DNA of 64,000 nt from Bacteriovoracaceae bacterium. Lineage in GTDB: Bacteria > Bdellovibrionota > Bacteriovoracia > Bacteriovoracales > Bacteriovoracaceae. The translations under genes were made by a program, and so were the position numbers. Positions 37,650 through 46,924 of the stretch are shown in pieces. Location of the stretch: positions 12,136 to 76,135 of the forward strand of contig JBLWTJ010000005.1 of NCBI GenBank assembly GCA_048270185.1. Direction: 5' to 3'. Each line of letters begins with the position of its first letter. Positions within the stretch are counted from its first letter, which is position 1. Under the pieces are notes generated by a model. That model was not told the origin of the DNA, ran no database searches, and worked only from the letters and a program-made list of their open reading frames with translations.

Positions 37650-38554
37650 GTAAGAATTTAATTGGTTCAATTGATATTGGATCAAACTCAACATTATTGT
37701 TAATTATCGATTTAGAATCGAAAGAAATCATTCACGAAGTATCGACAATTACAGGGTTAGGTCGAGGGCTTGATAAGAATGGAGTTTTCCAAGAAAAATC
37801 AATGGAAGATACATTCAATGCATTAATGAACTACAAAGATGATTGTAAGCAAAAAGGCTGTGAAAAGATTATTATTACGGCCACAGAAGCTTCAAGAGTT
37901 GCTAAGAACGCACCAGATTTCTTCAAAAGAGTAAAGAGCGAGCTTGCGCTTGATATACAAATTATTTCAGGAGAAGGTGAGGCTTTTTATACCGCCGCCG
38001 GTATAAATGAAATGATGAAGTCAAAAGCAAAAAAGCAATTAATCCTCGATGTAGGTGGTGCTTCAAGTGAGTTAATTCTTATAAAGACTTCACCATTTAA
38101 AATTCTATCCACTGTCTCTCTTCCAATAGGATCTGTCCGAGTTGATGATTGGATTAAAGACGGAATATTGAAATCTAAGATTGATGAAGTGTTTGAAAAT
38201 TATGATCTCGATAACTATAAGAATCAAGATATTATTGGTGTCGCAGGAACTTTAACTAGCCTTGCTTTGATGTATTCTAATGCTTCAGAATTTAATGCTG
38301 AATCAATCAATAATTACTCAATTAATTTAGAAGACTTCAATGAGAATACAAATCGTATCCAACTTGTTGATACAAAGACACTTTCAAAGCAATTCTCTTT
38401 CCTTGGAAAGAGGTCTAAAACTATTCAAGCTGGAGCAATCTGCGCTCAAGCAATTTTAAATAAAATAAATGCAAAAGAGATTAAGTTCTCTACATATGGT
38501 CTTCGTTATGGAACTGCATTAAGTGGAGAGATTGATGACATTTACCTCGTATGA
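37646..38554 (+). CDS. Ppx/GppA phosphatase family (short form)
   Basis: IDIGSNS, ATEASR, ISGEGEA, DVGGASSE, GVAGT, GLRYG. Confidence 0.9.
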   Translation: MSKNLIGSIDIGSNSTLLLIIDLESKEIIHEVSTITGLGRGLDKNGVFQEKSMEDTFNALMNYKDDCKQKGCEKIIITATEASRVAKNAPDFFKRVKSELALDIQIISGEGEAFYTAAGINEMMKSKAKKQLILDVGGASSELILIKTSPFKILSTVSLPIGSVRVDDWIKDGILKSKIDEVFENYDLDNYKNQDIIGVAGTLTSLALMYSNASEFNAESINNYSINLEDFNENTNRIQLVDTKTLSKQFSFLGKRSKTIQAGAICAQAILNKINAKEIKFSTYGLRYGTALSGEIDDIYLV

Positions 38555-38978
38555 GCCAAATACTCTTGAGAATTTACAATTAATTTTCAAAGAAGGGGTT
38601 TCAGCTGAATATATATTTCTAATCAAGTCTGGTAAGGCCGTTACTGTCAAAGAGCATAGTGGAAGATTAGTGCCTACAGGAATACATAAGAAAGGTGATT
38701 TCTTAGGGGTCGCTGGAAGTATAAATCGCCAAACATATGATGAGTCATGTTTTACTATTGAAGACTGTGAAGTAGTTCCAATTCCAGTCAGTGAAGTGAC
38801 AAATATTATTAATTCAAATGAACTATGGCTTAAGCAGATTGTTAATACAATTATTGAACGTCTCGATAGCGCCGTTGATATTCTAGCCGAGCATCGAATT
38901 TTTGATACAACTAAAACTTCAAATTTTGTATTCTCTGATGAAATTGAGGCCAAGTTTAGGAAGTTAATTAATGAATAA
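38535..38978 (+). CDS. Cyclic-nucleotide-binding domain protein
   Basis: IFKEG...IFLIKSG...GDFLG cNMP fold; no HTH. Confidence 0.75.
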   Translation: MTFTSYEPNTLENLQLIFKEGVSAEYIFLIKSGKAVTVKEHSGRLVPTGIHKKGDFLGVAGSINRQTYDESCFTIEDCEVVPIPVSEVTNIINSNELWLKQIVNTIIERLDSAVDILAEHRIFDTTKTSNFVFSDEIEAKFRKLINE

Positions 38979-39348
38979 GCTACTAATTATCGCTTCATTT
39001 TTAATTCTTCTTTCATGCCAAAAGAAAACAGGTGATTGGCAGGGGGGAGAAGATCAAAATAATAATGGTATTCGCGATAATATCGATACATGGATAGCTT
39101 CAAAATCTAATGGTAAACCAAGGTTAAGGATGGCACTTGAGACATTGGCGAAGGTTAATCCTGCTGACTGTGAGTATTCAATCAAGGCCCGTTGTTTAGA
39201 GCAATTAAGTGATGATGGAATTTTACTACAAGTGGAGCTTTTGGAACTTCAGCTAAATACTGCTGATCTTCGAAAGAGTTTTGAGGACAATGTTAAACAT
39301 TGTCCCCGTATAGATGATCGAAAAATTAATTATAAGTGTATTTTATAG
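38971..39348 (+). CDS. Lipoprotein
   Basis: Lipobox LLSC; DQNNNGIRDNID Ca-binding-like loop; four further Cys. Confidence 0.7.
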   Translation: MNKLLIIASFLILLSCQKKTGDWQGGEDQNNNGIRDNIDTWIASKSNGKPRLRMALETLAKVNPADCEYSIKARCLEQLSDDGILLQVELLELQLNTADLRKSFEDNVKHCPRIDDRKINYKCIL

Positions 39349-39774
39349 AGTGAGACGGCCGCGGTTGTTAAGAGCGACAATCGTGTCTGTTACTCTTTTT
39401 CTAGCTCTTTGAATATCTCTTGATTCTGTACTTCCAAGATTCTTTACTAGATATGAATATGCTTCCTCAGCACTCTCTCTTGGCAGTAAAGTTAGTACCT
39501 TCTTTTGAAATGTTTTTTCACATTCCTTTAAAGCAACACCAAGAATAGGTGCTTTGATAAACTTGATTACTTGAACAAGATCGACATCATCAAGAGCGTA
39601 GATTGTATTGAAAGTAATACTCTCAGCATATAGCTCTTTTGCTAGTGTCGGGTTTCTCATCTGAATATTCTTAAGAAGTGTTGCCCTCTCATCAGAATTC
39701 ATAAATTTTAGCATCTCAATGATCTGAGCTTTACCATTAATGAAAATTCCACCATTGTCTTTATTTGCTTCCAT
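39343..39774 (-). CDS. Stand-alone FliG C-terminal-domain-like protein
   Basis: ITFNTIYALDD..ILGVALK..DIQRARKRV..L..RGRL resembles the FliG C domain. Confidence 0.6.
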   Translation of the reverse strand: MEANKDNGGIFINGKAQIIEMLKFMNSDERATLLKNIQMRNPTLAKELYAESITFNTIYALDDVDLVQVIKFIKAPILGVALKECEKTFQKKVLTLLPRESAEEAYSYLVKNLGSTESRDIQRARKRVTDTIVALNNRGRLTL

Positions 39775-39792
39775 TTACTTTCCTTTGGGAGA

Positions 39793-40218
39793 TTAGGCCT
39801 CTTCCCATTTCATTTTTTCTTGCATGTACTTCTCTCTTGCTTGATCGAGAGTATCACGATGAGATTCGTTCATTTGTGAAATTTGATTCTCATGTGTTTC
39901 TTTAAGTTCATTAACTCGTGCTTGATGTGTTTTCTTCATATTTTCAAGATCGAGTTTCATGCGCTCATTCTCTTCTTTTACGAGTTGGGCCTGTTTTTCA
40001 CGAACTTGTTTTAGTTTCAATTCAGTTTGATGTTCAACTGTTTTTAGTTCAGTTTCATAGTGCTTATTCAGTCTTTTAAGATCAGCTTCATGTTTTTTCT
40101 CGGTTTTTTGGTACTCCTGAGTGTTCTCGAGTTTGGTCTTCTTTAACTCGTAGGCATGTCTCTTGTACTCTCTTTGCTTAAACCTTTCCAACTGTGGGCG
40201 GCTAATTTCTTGTGACAT
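39793..40218 (-). CDS. Charged coiled-coil protein
   Basis: E/K/Q/H-rich heptads. Confidence 0.65.
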   Translation of the reverse strand: MSQEISRPQLERFKQREYKRHAYELKKTKLENTQEYQKTEKKHEADLKRLNKHYETELKTVEHQTELKLKQVREKQAQLVKEENERMKLDLENMKKTHQARVNELKETHENQISQMNESHRDTLDQAREKYMQEKMKWEEA

Positions 40219-40300
40219 AAACTGCTCTTCTTTGACTAGGACATAAAAGCGTCCTAATATATTTTAATAAGAATTGAACTGTAAGTGAATGGAGGCAAAT

Positions 40301-41482
40301 ATGTCCTTAAATAAAGGCCGTCGCGTATTTTTAGTAGAAGGAAAACGAACACCATTTGGTAAATTTGGTGGCTCATTAATGGATATTAAACCAGTTGACC
40401 TCGCTGTCGCTGCCACAAATTCACTACTTAAGCAGTTGAATTTAAAGCCAAACCTAATCGATCAAGTAATCCTTGGCAATGTAGTCCCTTCATCAACTGA
40501 TACCATGTATGGTGGAAGACACCTTGCTCTTAAGGCCGGATGCCCTGAAGAAACTCCTGGTATTACGATTAACCGACTGTGCGGTTCGGGTATTCAGGCT
40601 ATCTTGGATGCTGTTCGACTTATCAAGTTAGAAGAAGCAAATTGTATCCTTGCTGGTGGTACGGAGAATATGTCGATGGTTCCACACCTTACTTATGGAG
40701 CGAGATTTGGTACGAAATACGGATCACTATCTAATGTGGATATGTTACTTGATGCTTTAACTGACCAACACGCTGGTTGCCCAATGGGAATCACTGCTGA
40801 AAAACTTGGAAAGCAATTTGATTTAACACGAGAAGAGTGTGATGAGTTCTCACTTCTATCTCACCAAAGAGCGACGAAGGCTTATGCTGAAGGAAAAATC
40901 CAGCAAGAGATCTGTAGTGTTGAAATTCGCAAGGGTGTAGCAGAAAAAGATGAGCACTTAAGAGAAGGGGCTTCATTAGAAGATATGAATAAGCTTAGAT
41001 CAAGCTTTGTTAAGGATGGACTTGTCACTCCTGGTTCTGCTTCAGGAATTGTTGATGGTGCAGCTGTGGCAATTGTTGCAAGTGAAGACTTTGTTAAAGA
41101 ACATGGCCTCAAGCCAGTTGCAGAAATTATTGATGGAGCAGTTGTTGGTGTTGATCCAACAATCATGGGGATCGGTCCAGTACCTGCCATAAAGAAAATC
41201 TTAGCTGATAATAAATTAGAAATTTCAAATATAGACCTTTTTGAAATTAATGAAGCTTTTGCTGCTCAAGCACTTGCCTGTATCAAAGACTTGAATCTTG
41301 ATAAAGATAAGGTCAATATTTGGGGGGGATCAATTGCGATAGGACACCCTTTAGCAGCAACAGGGACACGTATTTCGACTACGCTTGCTCACCAACTTCA
41401 CTCTGAAGGTAAAGAGTATGGAATTGCAAGTGCTTGTATCGGTGGTGGTCAAGGGATCGGAATCCTATTAAAAAGAGTTTAG
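40301..41482 (+). CDS. Thiolase (acetyl-CoA C-acyltransferase)
   Basis: INRLCGSG, EINEAFA, GHPLAATG, ACIGGGQG. Confidence 0.95.
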   Translation: MSLNKGRRVFLVEGKRTPFGKFGGSLMDIKPVDLAVAATNSLLKQLNLKPNLIDQVILGNVVPSSTDTMYGGRHLALKAGCPEETPGITINRLCGSGIQAILDAVRLIKLEEANCILAGGTENMSMVPHLTYGARFGTKYGSLSNVDMLLDALTDQHAGCPMGITAEKLGKQFDLTREECDEFSLLSHQRATKAYAEGKIQQEICSVEIRKGVAEKDEHLREGASLEDMNKLRSSFVKDGLVTPGSASGIVDGAAVAIVASEDFVKEHGLKPVAEIIDGAVVGVDPTIMGIGPVPAIKKILADNKLEISNIDLFEINEAFAAQALACIKDLNLDKDKVNIWGGSIAIGHPLAATGTRISTTLAHQLHSEGKEYGIASACIGGGQGIGILLKRV

Positions 41483-42808
41483 ATGAGCAAAGAAGGTAAT
41501 GAGCTAAATTTCTTTCATAATGACTATACGTCATTTAGAGATTGGCTGTGTTTAGATATTCAAAATGTTACTTGGCAAGGAAAGTATCGCGAAGACTTTG
41601 AAAGGTTTTGGGATATTTTCTTTGATGATGGCCTAAGCCTTTTTGAAATCTCTAAACGATTTAATTATCTCATTGATAATATCCATGTTGGTCCACTTGA
41701 GTCATGGTTTATTTGGCTTAGAACAAAATTCTATTGTTATGTTTTTATTTCGAGAGGGATAACAATTGAAGAATTGGCCCAAGCTATTAAACAAGACGAA
41801 AGAGAAACAGGAATCCTTTTAAGAACTTTCTTCATTGAGGTATTTCCTGAGCATGAAAGTTATATCAATAAGAACTTTACGATTAATGATATTCTATCGA
41901 AGAATAAGAGTTTTTCGATTCAGAACTTTGTTGATGATCTAGGGGTTAATCTAACTTTTTCTGGAAGTCATAATCATGAAATCTTAACATCAATGGAAGT
42001 TACTCTTTATCAAGAGTGGATCTACTTCGTTAAGAAAATGGAAAAAGACTTTAGAGGAAGTACCTTTAATGTTTCTCGAATTAAATTAAGGGATAATTTC
42101 AGTGCCAGAATGCAAAGTCTTGCACAAGTTTTTGCCTTTGTTGGTGTCGCTATTTTTCTCGTCTGGGCAATTGAGTTTGCTAACAAGACATATGAGAAAT
42201 ACCTATCAGACAAAATCAGTGTCTATGAACCTCAGTTCCGATGGGAAAACGAAGGGCTAAAATTTACTGATGAAACAATTGCTGATCAAGAGCAAATTGC
42301 TCAATTTGAGCTTGATATTAAAGATATTGAAAATGTTGATGATACAGAGAACTTTCTCGGTGAAACTTTAGAAGATGAAGAACGTGATGAAGTAGAGTCG
42401 GAGGTTGTCCTAACATCGATCGATACTCTTCCGCGTGATATTTCTTCTGCCGATAGAGAGCAGTCTTCTTTTGAAGAAGATATTAAAGGTGGAGGTTATC
42501 GTGATAGCCGCTACGGTAACACGAAAGTTTACCGAGTTATGATGAACTCTGCTGATACAGATGAAACACGAAAACGCCTAGCAAATCTTTTGAGTCTATA
42601 TAAAGTAACACAAGTTGATAATGTGAAACCAGGTCTTGCTGTACCTGGAGGTTACTACTACAACCTCTACGTACCAAGAACTTATCTTAAAGAATTTATG
42701 GCCCAAGTTAAAGGTGATGACTCTGTTATCATTTATGAATCAAAGACAAGAACTCGCCGAAATCCTCCGGGAAAGAACAAAGTTTTCATTTGGCTTAAGA
42801 CAATATAG
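41483..42808 (+). CDS. Hypothetical bitopic membrane protein
   Basis: One central TM, possible N-terminal HTH, very acidic linker, basic C-terminal domain. Confidence 0.65.
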   Translation: MSKEGNELNFFHNDYTSFRDWLCLDIQNVTWQGKYREDFERFWDIFFDDGLSLFEISKRFNYLIDNIHVGPLESWFIWLRTKFYCYVFISRGITIEELAQAIKQDERETGILLRTFFIEVFPEHESYINKNFTINDILSKNKSFSIQNFVDDLGVNLTFSGSHNHEILTSMEVTLYQEWIYFVKKMEKDFRGSTFNVSRIKLRDNFSARMQSLAQVFAFVGVAIFLVWAIEFANKTYEKYLSDKISVYEPQFRWENEGLKFTDETIADQEQIAQFELDIKDIENVDDTENFLGETLEDEERDEVESEVVLTSIDTLPRDISSADREQSSFEEDIKGGGYRDSRYGNTKVYRVMMNSADTDETRKRLANLLSLYKVTQVDNVKPGLAVPGGYYYNLYVPRTYLKEFMAQVKGDDSVIIYESKTRTRRNPPGKNKVFIWLKTI

Positions 42809-42828
42809 CATCCGCAAACTTAGACCAA

Positions 42829-43374
42829 CTACATCTGCCCATCTGGAATACTAAACAGAGTCTTAACTTCTCTTAGCAGTTGGTGAGTCTGACCTAAGAA
42901 ATGCCATTGCCTTACAAATCCTATAAGCATTGAAGCAATAAAACCGTAAGCGACACCTGAGTGAGTTGTTTTCTCAACTAGATTAGTATCGTGTGCACCA
43001 CCGAGGAAGAAAGCAATCATTCCTAGAATAATCATAAGCATCGTCCAAGGAATTGTTTGGCGCTTGGCCAGATCTGCTTTGTGAACATATCTTTTAACTT
43101 TATCCTTATAAGGCGTAAGGTCTGCAGGAGCTTCATCAAAGAGTTCACCTAGGTTCTGCTCGCTTGAGACAATAAGATTAATATTGTTAACGAGCCTTGC
43201 AACACCAATGAAATAGAACATTACGAAAGCTTGAGCAAAGATAGTATAAAGATAGGCTGGGATGGCCAGTTTAATGTGACTAATTCCAACGTCAATAAAA
43301 CCTAGTGCTACGCAAGTAGTTAGGCCGATGGCGGCAACCATGATAACGATCAGTCCTCTTAATAGATAGGCCAT
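42829..43374 (-). CDS. Hypothetical 4-TM membrane protein
   Basis: Four hydrophobic segments; ATG 43374 follows AAGGTG. Confidence 0.7.
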   Translation of the reverse strand: MAYLLRGLIVIMVAAIGLTTCVALGFIDVGISHIKLAIPAYLYTIFAQAFVMFYFIGVARLVNNINLIVSSEQNLGELFDEAPADLTPYKDKVKRYVHKADLAKRQTIPWTMLMIILGMIAFFLGGAHDTNLVEKTTHSGVAYGFIASMLIGFVRQWHFLGQTHQLLREVKTLFSIPDGQM

Positions 43375-43464
43375 AATTTCACCTTTTATAATTGTCAACT
43401 ATACTCTAATTTGCTAATTCTAATCTCATATTTAATAAAACATTTACTATAAGGCAATTTCTTC

Positions 43465-44349
43465 GTGAGTGAGAAAAATCAAATCAATAATTCGAATAGT
43501 AATATCGACAAGAAGCTACTTGAAAATAATCCTGTAATGGGTTCTTTAATGGTGCCAATTGCGATTGTTCTAGTCGGTGCACTTATCATTTTTGGTGTAA
43601 CAAAAATGTTATCTAATGATCATTCTTATAAGGACCTAGTCCATGAGATGAAGTCGAAAACCTTTGGTAATAAGTGGATCGCAGCTTTAGAGCTTTCTAA
43701 AGTCATCTCTGCTGGCGCAGTCGAAGAACAGGATATTCCATGGCTTGTCGAAAACTTGAAAGATGTTTATCAGTCTAGTGTTGATCCAAGAACTCGTGAC
43801 TTTGTTGTTGTGGCCATTGGTGCTCTTGCTAATGAGAAAGGGCTCCCTGTAATCGATCACGCTTTAAAAGATACAAAGAATCCTGAAATTAATTTTCATG
43901 CGATGGTGGCCCTTTCAAAAATGCCTAAAGGTATTTCATTTGATTGGACGACGGTTAAATCATTTTTATCGAAAAACGATGCTGCCCTGGTTCAGGTGAC
44001 GATCTTGACTCTTGCAACGCATCAGGTAGATGGAACAGAAGATATTATCCTTCCTCTACTAAAGAGTGATCTCGGTTTTAGTGTGAGATATGCGGCAGCT
44101 ACAGCATTAATCGCTTATCAGAACGACCAGGCGATCACTACTATTAATGAAATTTTATTTCTCGATGACGCTTCTTTAGGGAAGAAACTTACAGTCCAAG
44201 AAATCAGCGGTTTGAAGTATAATGTACTCACCGCATTAAAAAGATATGAATGGAATAAATTGGCGCCTAGCGTTGAGAAAATGATTAATATTGAGAAAGA
44301 TATAAAAGTTGTTAGTCTTGCAAAGGAAGTTTTAAATTCGTTGAAATAG
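43465..44349 (+). CDS. Membrane-anchored HEAT-repeat protein
   Basis: N-terminal TM; HEAT-like WIAALEL, RDFVVVAIG, VRYAAATAL. Confidence 0.7.
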   Translation: MSEKNQINNSNSNIDKKLLENNPVMGSLMVPIAIVLVGALIIFGVTKMLSNDHSYKDLVHEMKSKTFGNKWIAALELSKVISAGAVEEQDIPWLVENLKDVYQSSVDPRTRDFVVVAIGALANEKGLPVIDHALKDTKNPEINFHAMVALSKMPKGISFDWTTVKSFLSKNDAALVQVTILTLATHQVDGTEDIILPLLKSDLGFSVRYAAATALIAYQNDQAITTINEILFLDDASLGKKLTVQEISGLKYNVLTALKRYEWNKLAPSVEKMINIEKDIKVVSLAKEVLNSLK

Positions 44350-44460
44350 TGATAACATCCTTCAAAGAATAAAATGAATTTGCAATAACTTATGAATCAT
44401 AATTTGGGTCGGTCTGACTTAAAATTATGTATTTGTGATTAGAAATAGAGGTTTTTTAAA

Positions 44461-44964
44461 ATGTCTGATGATGTAAAAAAACAGTTAAACCGAAGAGAGT
44501 TCTTTAGTTTCGTAACTGTTGGTTGGGTAGCCTTCACGTCTGCTGTCGCAGGATTTTTAACACTAGCGTTTCGCTATTCTTATCCTAACGTAAATTTTGA
44601 ACCAGAGATGGACTTTCTTGCAGGCCGTCCTGCTGACTACGAAGAAGGTGTAGATGAGCGCTGGAAGAATGGTTACGGTGTTTGGATTGTAAAAATGGAA
44701 GGTCGATTATTTGCTCTTTCAAATATCTGTACACACCTTGGTTGTGTTCCAAACTGGCTTCCTGCCGAATTAAAATTCAAGTGTCCATGTCACGGTTCTG
44801 GTTACTATCAAAATGGTATTAACTTCGAAGGTCCAGCTCCAAGACCACTAGAGAGATATGCAATTTCACTTAACCCTGAAGGTAAAATTAAAGTCGATAA
44901 GACAAAGGTTTACCGTTATGAAAAAGGGCAGTGGGATAATCCACAGAGTTACTTAAAAGTTTAA
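44461..44964 (+). CDS. Rieske iron-sulfur subunit of a Rieske/cytochrome b complex
   Basis: Tat motif NRREFF, CTHLGC and CPCHGSGY. Confidence 0.95.
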   Translation: MSDDVKKQLNRREFFSFVTVGWVAFTSAVAGFLTLAFRYSYPNVNFEPEMDFLAGRPADYEEGVDERWKNGYGVWIVKMEGRLFALSNICTHLGCVPNWLPAELKFKCPCHGSGYYQNGINFEGPAPRPLERYAISLNPEGKIKVDKTKVYRYEKGQWDNPQSYLKV

Positions 44965-44993
44965 TTTAGAATAAATAATAGGAAGGAATAACA

Positions 44994-45776
44994 ATGGCTA
45001 AAAGAGGTGTTGTTGATTACATTAGAGATACTCAGGTCTGGAAATCAATCTTCAGACACGGGCCTCCAACGAACGCAAGAAACAGAGCTGCAGTTGTAGC
45101 TGGTAACGTGTTTTTACACTTACACCCAATCAAACTTAAGAAATCAGGGGTTCAACTTGGTTATACTTGGTGTATGGGTGGTTTAACGTTTTTCATTTTC
45201 TTAGCACTGACTGTAACAGGTGTACTTTTAATGTTCTATTACAGACCGACTGCTGAGTATGCATATAATGATATCATCGCACTAAAAGAGCACGTGCCTT
45301 TAGGGATTATGCGTGAGATTCACCGTTGGGGTGCACACGCCATGGTTATCACTGTGTGGTTACACATGTTCCGCGTCTTCATGACAGGTTCATATAAACC
45401 ACCTAGAGAGTTTAACTGGGGTGTTGGTGTTATTCTTTTAGTATTAACTCTTCTTCTATCATTCACTGGTTACCTACTTCCTTGGGATCAGCTAGCGATT
45501 TGGGCGATTGCCGTTGGTTCAAACATGGCAAAAGCGACTCCATTTATGGGGCACGGTGGTCCAGGTGCAGCTTTAGCTCAAATTGGTGACTTCGTAATGG
45601 TTTCTGATAAAAACGACGTACGTTTCCAGCTTCTTGCGGGACGTTTCGTTGGTGAGCCGGCGCTTTTAAGATTTTATATTCTTCACTGTGTATTCATTCC
45701 ACTTGTTGTTGGTGTTCTAATTGCAGTTCACTTCTGGCGTGTAAGAAAAGACGGTGGGATTTCAGCACCACTTTAG
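44994..45776 (+). CDS. Cytochrome b6-type N-terminal subunit
   Basis: WCMGG (heme ci Cys), [29 protein letters not shown]. Confidence 0.93.
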   Translation: MAKRGVVDYIRDTQVWKSIFRHGPPTNARNRAAVVAGNVFLHLHPIKLKKSGVQLGYTWCMGGLTFFIFLALTVTGVLLMFYYRPTAEYAYNDIIALKEHVPLGIMREIHRWGAHAMVITVWLHMFRVFMTGSYKPPREFNWGVGVILLVLTLLLSFTGYLLPWDQLAIWAIAVGSNMAKATPFMGHGGPGAALAQIGDFVMVSDKNDVRFQLLAGRFVGEPALLRFYILHCVFIPLVVGVLIAVHFWRVRKDGGISAPL

Positions 45777-45807
45777 AAAATATATTTTGAGAGAAAGGGA
45801 TATATAA

Positions 45808-46884
45808 ATGAAAGAACTTATAAACTGGCTGGCCGATCCTATTAGATCATTCCCGATTACGACGGTCCTATTCTTCTTCATGATGAAGTACTATCGTGTA
45901 GTAGGAAGCAAGAAATTTGCTAAATGGGCACTTATTGCTGCTGCTCCTATTACAGTTTGGTTTTGTATGGATGCAAACTTTAGAGCAATTATCCTATGGC
46001 CAGATAATATTCCAATTAACATTATTATCGTTCTTATTGCTTGGCTTACTTGGTATGCACTTTATAGAGCTGCTGAAAATGACAAGAGGATTGAAAATGG
46101 CGAGTGTCCAATTGAAGCACTTCCTGAAAATAGAGAAAAAGTTTGGGTATGGCCTAACTTAGTTTTCACAGAATTAATGTGTATGATTGGAGCAACTATC
46201 TTCTTAGTTGTTTGGGCAATTATCTTTAAAGCTCCACTAGAAGAGCCTGCAAACACAACTTGGGCTCCTAACCCGGCGAAAGCTCCATGGTACTTCCTTG
46301 GTCTACAAGAAATGCTTGTATATTTTGACCCTTGGATGGCAGGGGTTGTTCTTCCAGGACTTATCTTAGTTGGACTAATTGCAATTCCATATATTGATAC
46401 AAACCCAAAAGGGAATGGTTACTTCACAATTAAAGAAAGACCAATCGCTATGTGGGGATTCTTATACGGTTGGATCGTACTTTGGATGTACCTAATTATC
46501 GTAGGGACATTCTTACGTGGTCCAAACTGGACATTCTATGGTCCATTTGAATTCTGGGACTTCCATAAGGTTGTATCAGAATATAACGTTAACCTTTCAG
46601 AGTTTTTCTGGCTTAAGTGGCTTAACACTCCAATGCCAGCAAATATTATTCTGAGAGAGTTACTAGGTATCATTCTTACTCTTGTGTACATTTGTGTACT
46701 TCCTGTTGCGATTGCAAAATCTAAATATGGAAAGAAGATTATCGAGAACACTGGTCAGATCAGATATTATATTTTCATCATTCTTGTACTTGGTATGACA
46801 TCACTACCAATCAAGATGGTTCTAAGATGGCTTTTCAGCTTAAAATATATTATCGCACTGCCTGAGTGGGAACTTAACCTGTAG
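45808..46884 (+). CDS. Cytochrome b subunit IV-like protein, extended
   Basis: VWPNL, APLEEPAN..PNPAKAPWYF (PEWY-equivalent); extra TM helices. Confidence 0.85.
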   Translation: MKELINWLADPIRSFPITTVLFFFMMKYYRVVGSKKFAKWALIAAAPITVWFCMDANFRAIILWPDNIPINIIIVLIAWLTWYALYRAAENDKRIENGECPIEALPENREKVWVWPNLVFTELMCMIGATIFLVVWAIIFKAPLEEPANTTWAPNPAKAPWYFLGLQEMLVYFDPWMAGVVLPGLILVGLIAIPYIDTNPKGNGYFTIKERPIAMWGFLYGWIVLWMYLIIVGTFLRGPNWTFYGPFEFWDFHKVVSEYNVNLSEFFWLKWLNTPMPANIILRELLGIILTLVYICVLPVAIAKSKYGKKIIENTGQIRYYIFIILVLGMTSLPIKMVLRWLFSLKYIIALPEWELNL

Positions 46885-46924
46885 TAATTATACTTAAAGA
46901 AGAAGTAATAAAGGGTATATAACA

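Noticed and set aside
38519..38953. 144-aa antisense ORF
   Set aside because: Mirror of the cNMP-domain gene, which fits the operon.
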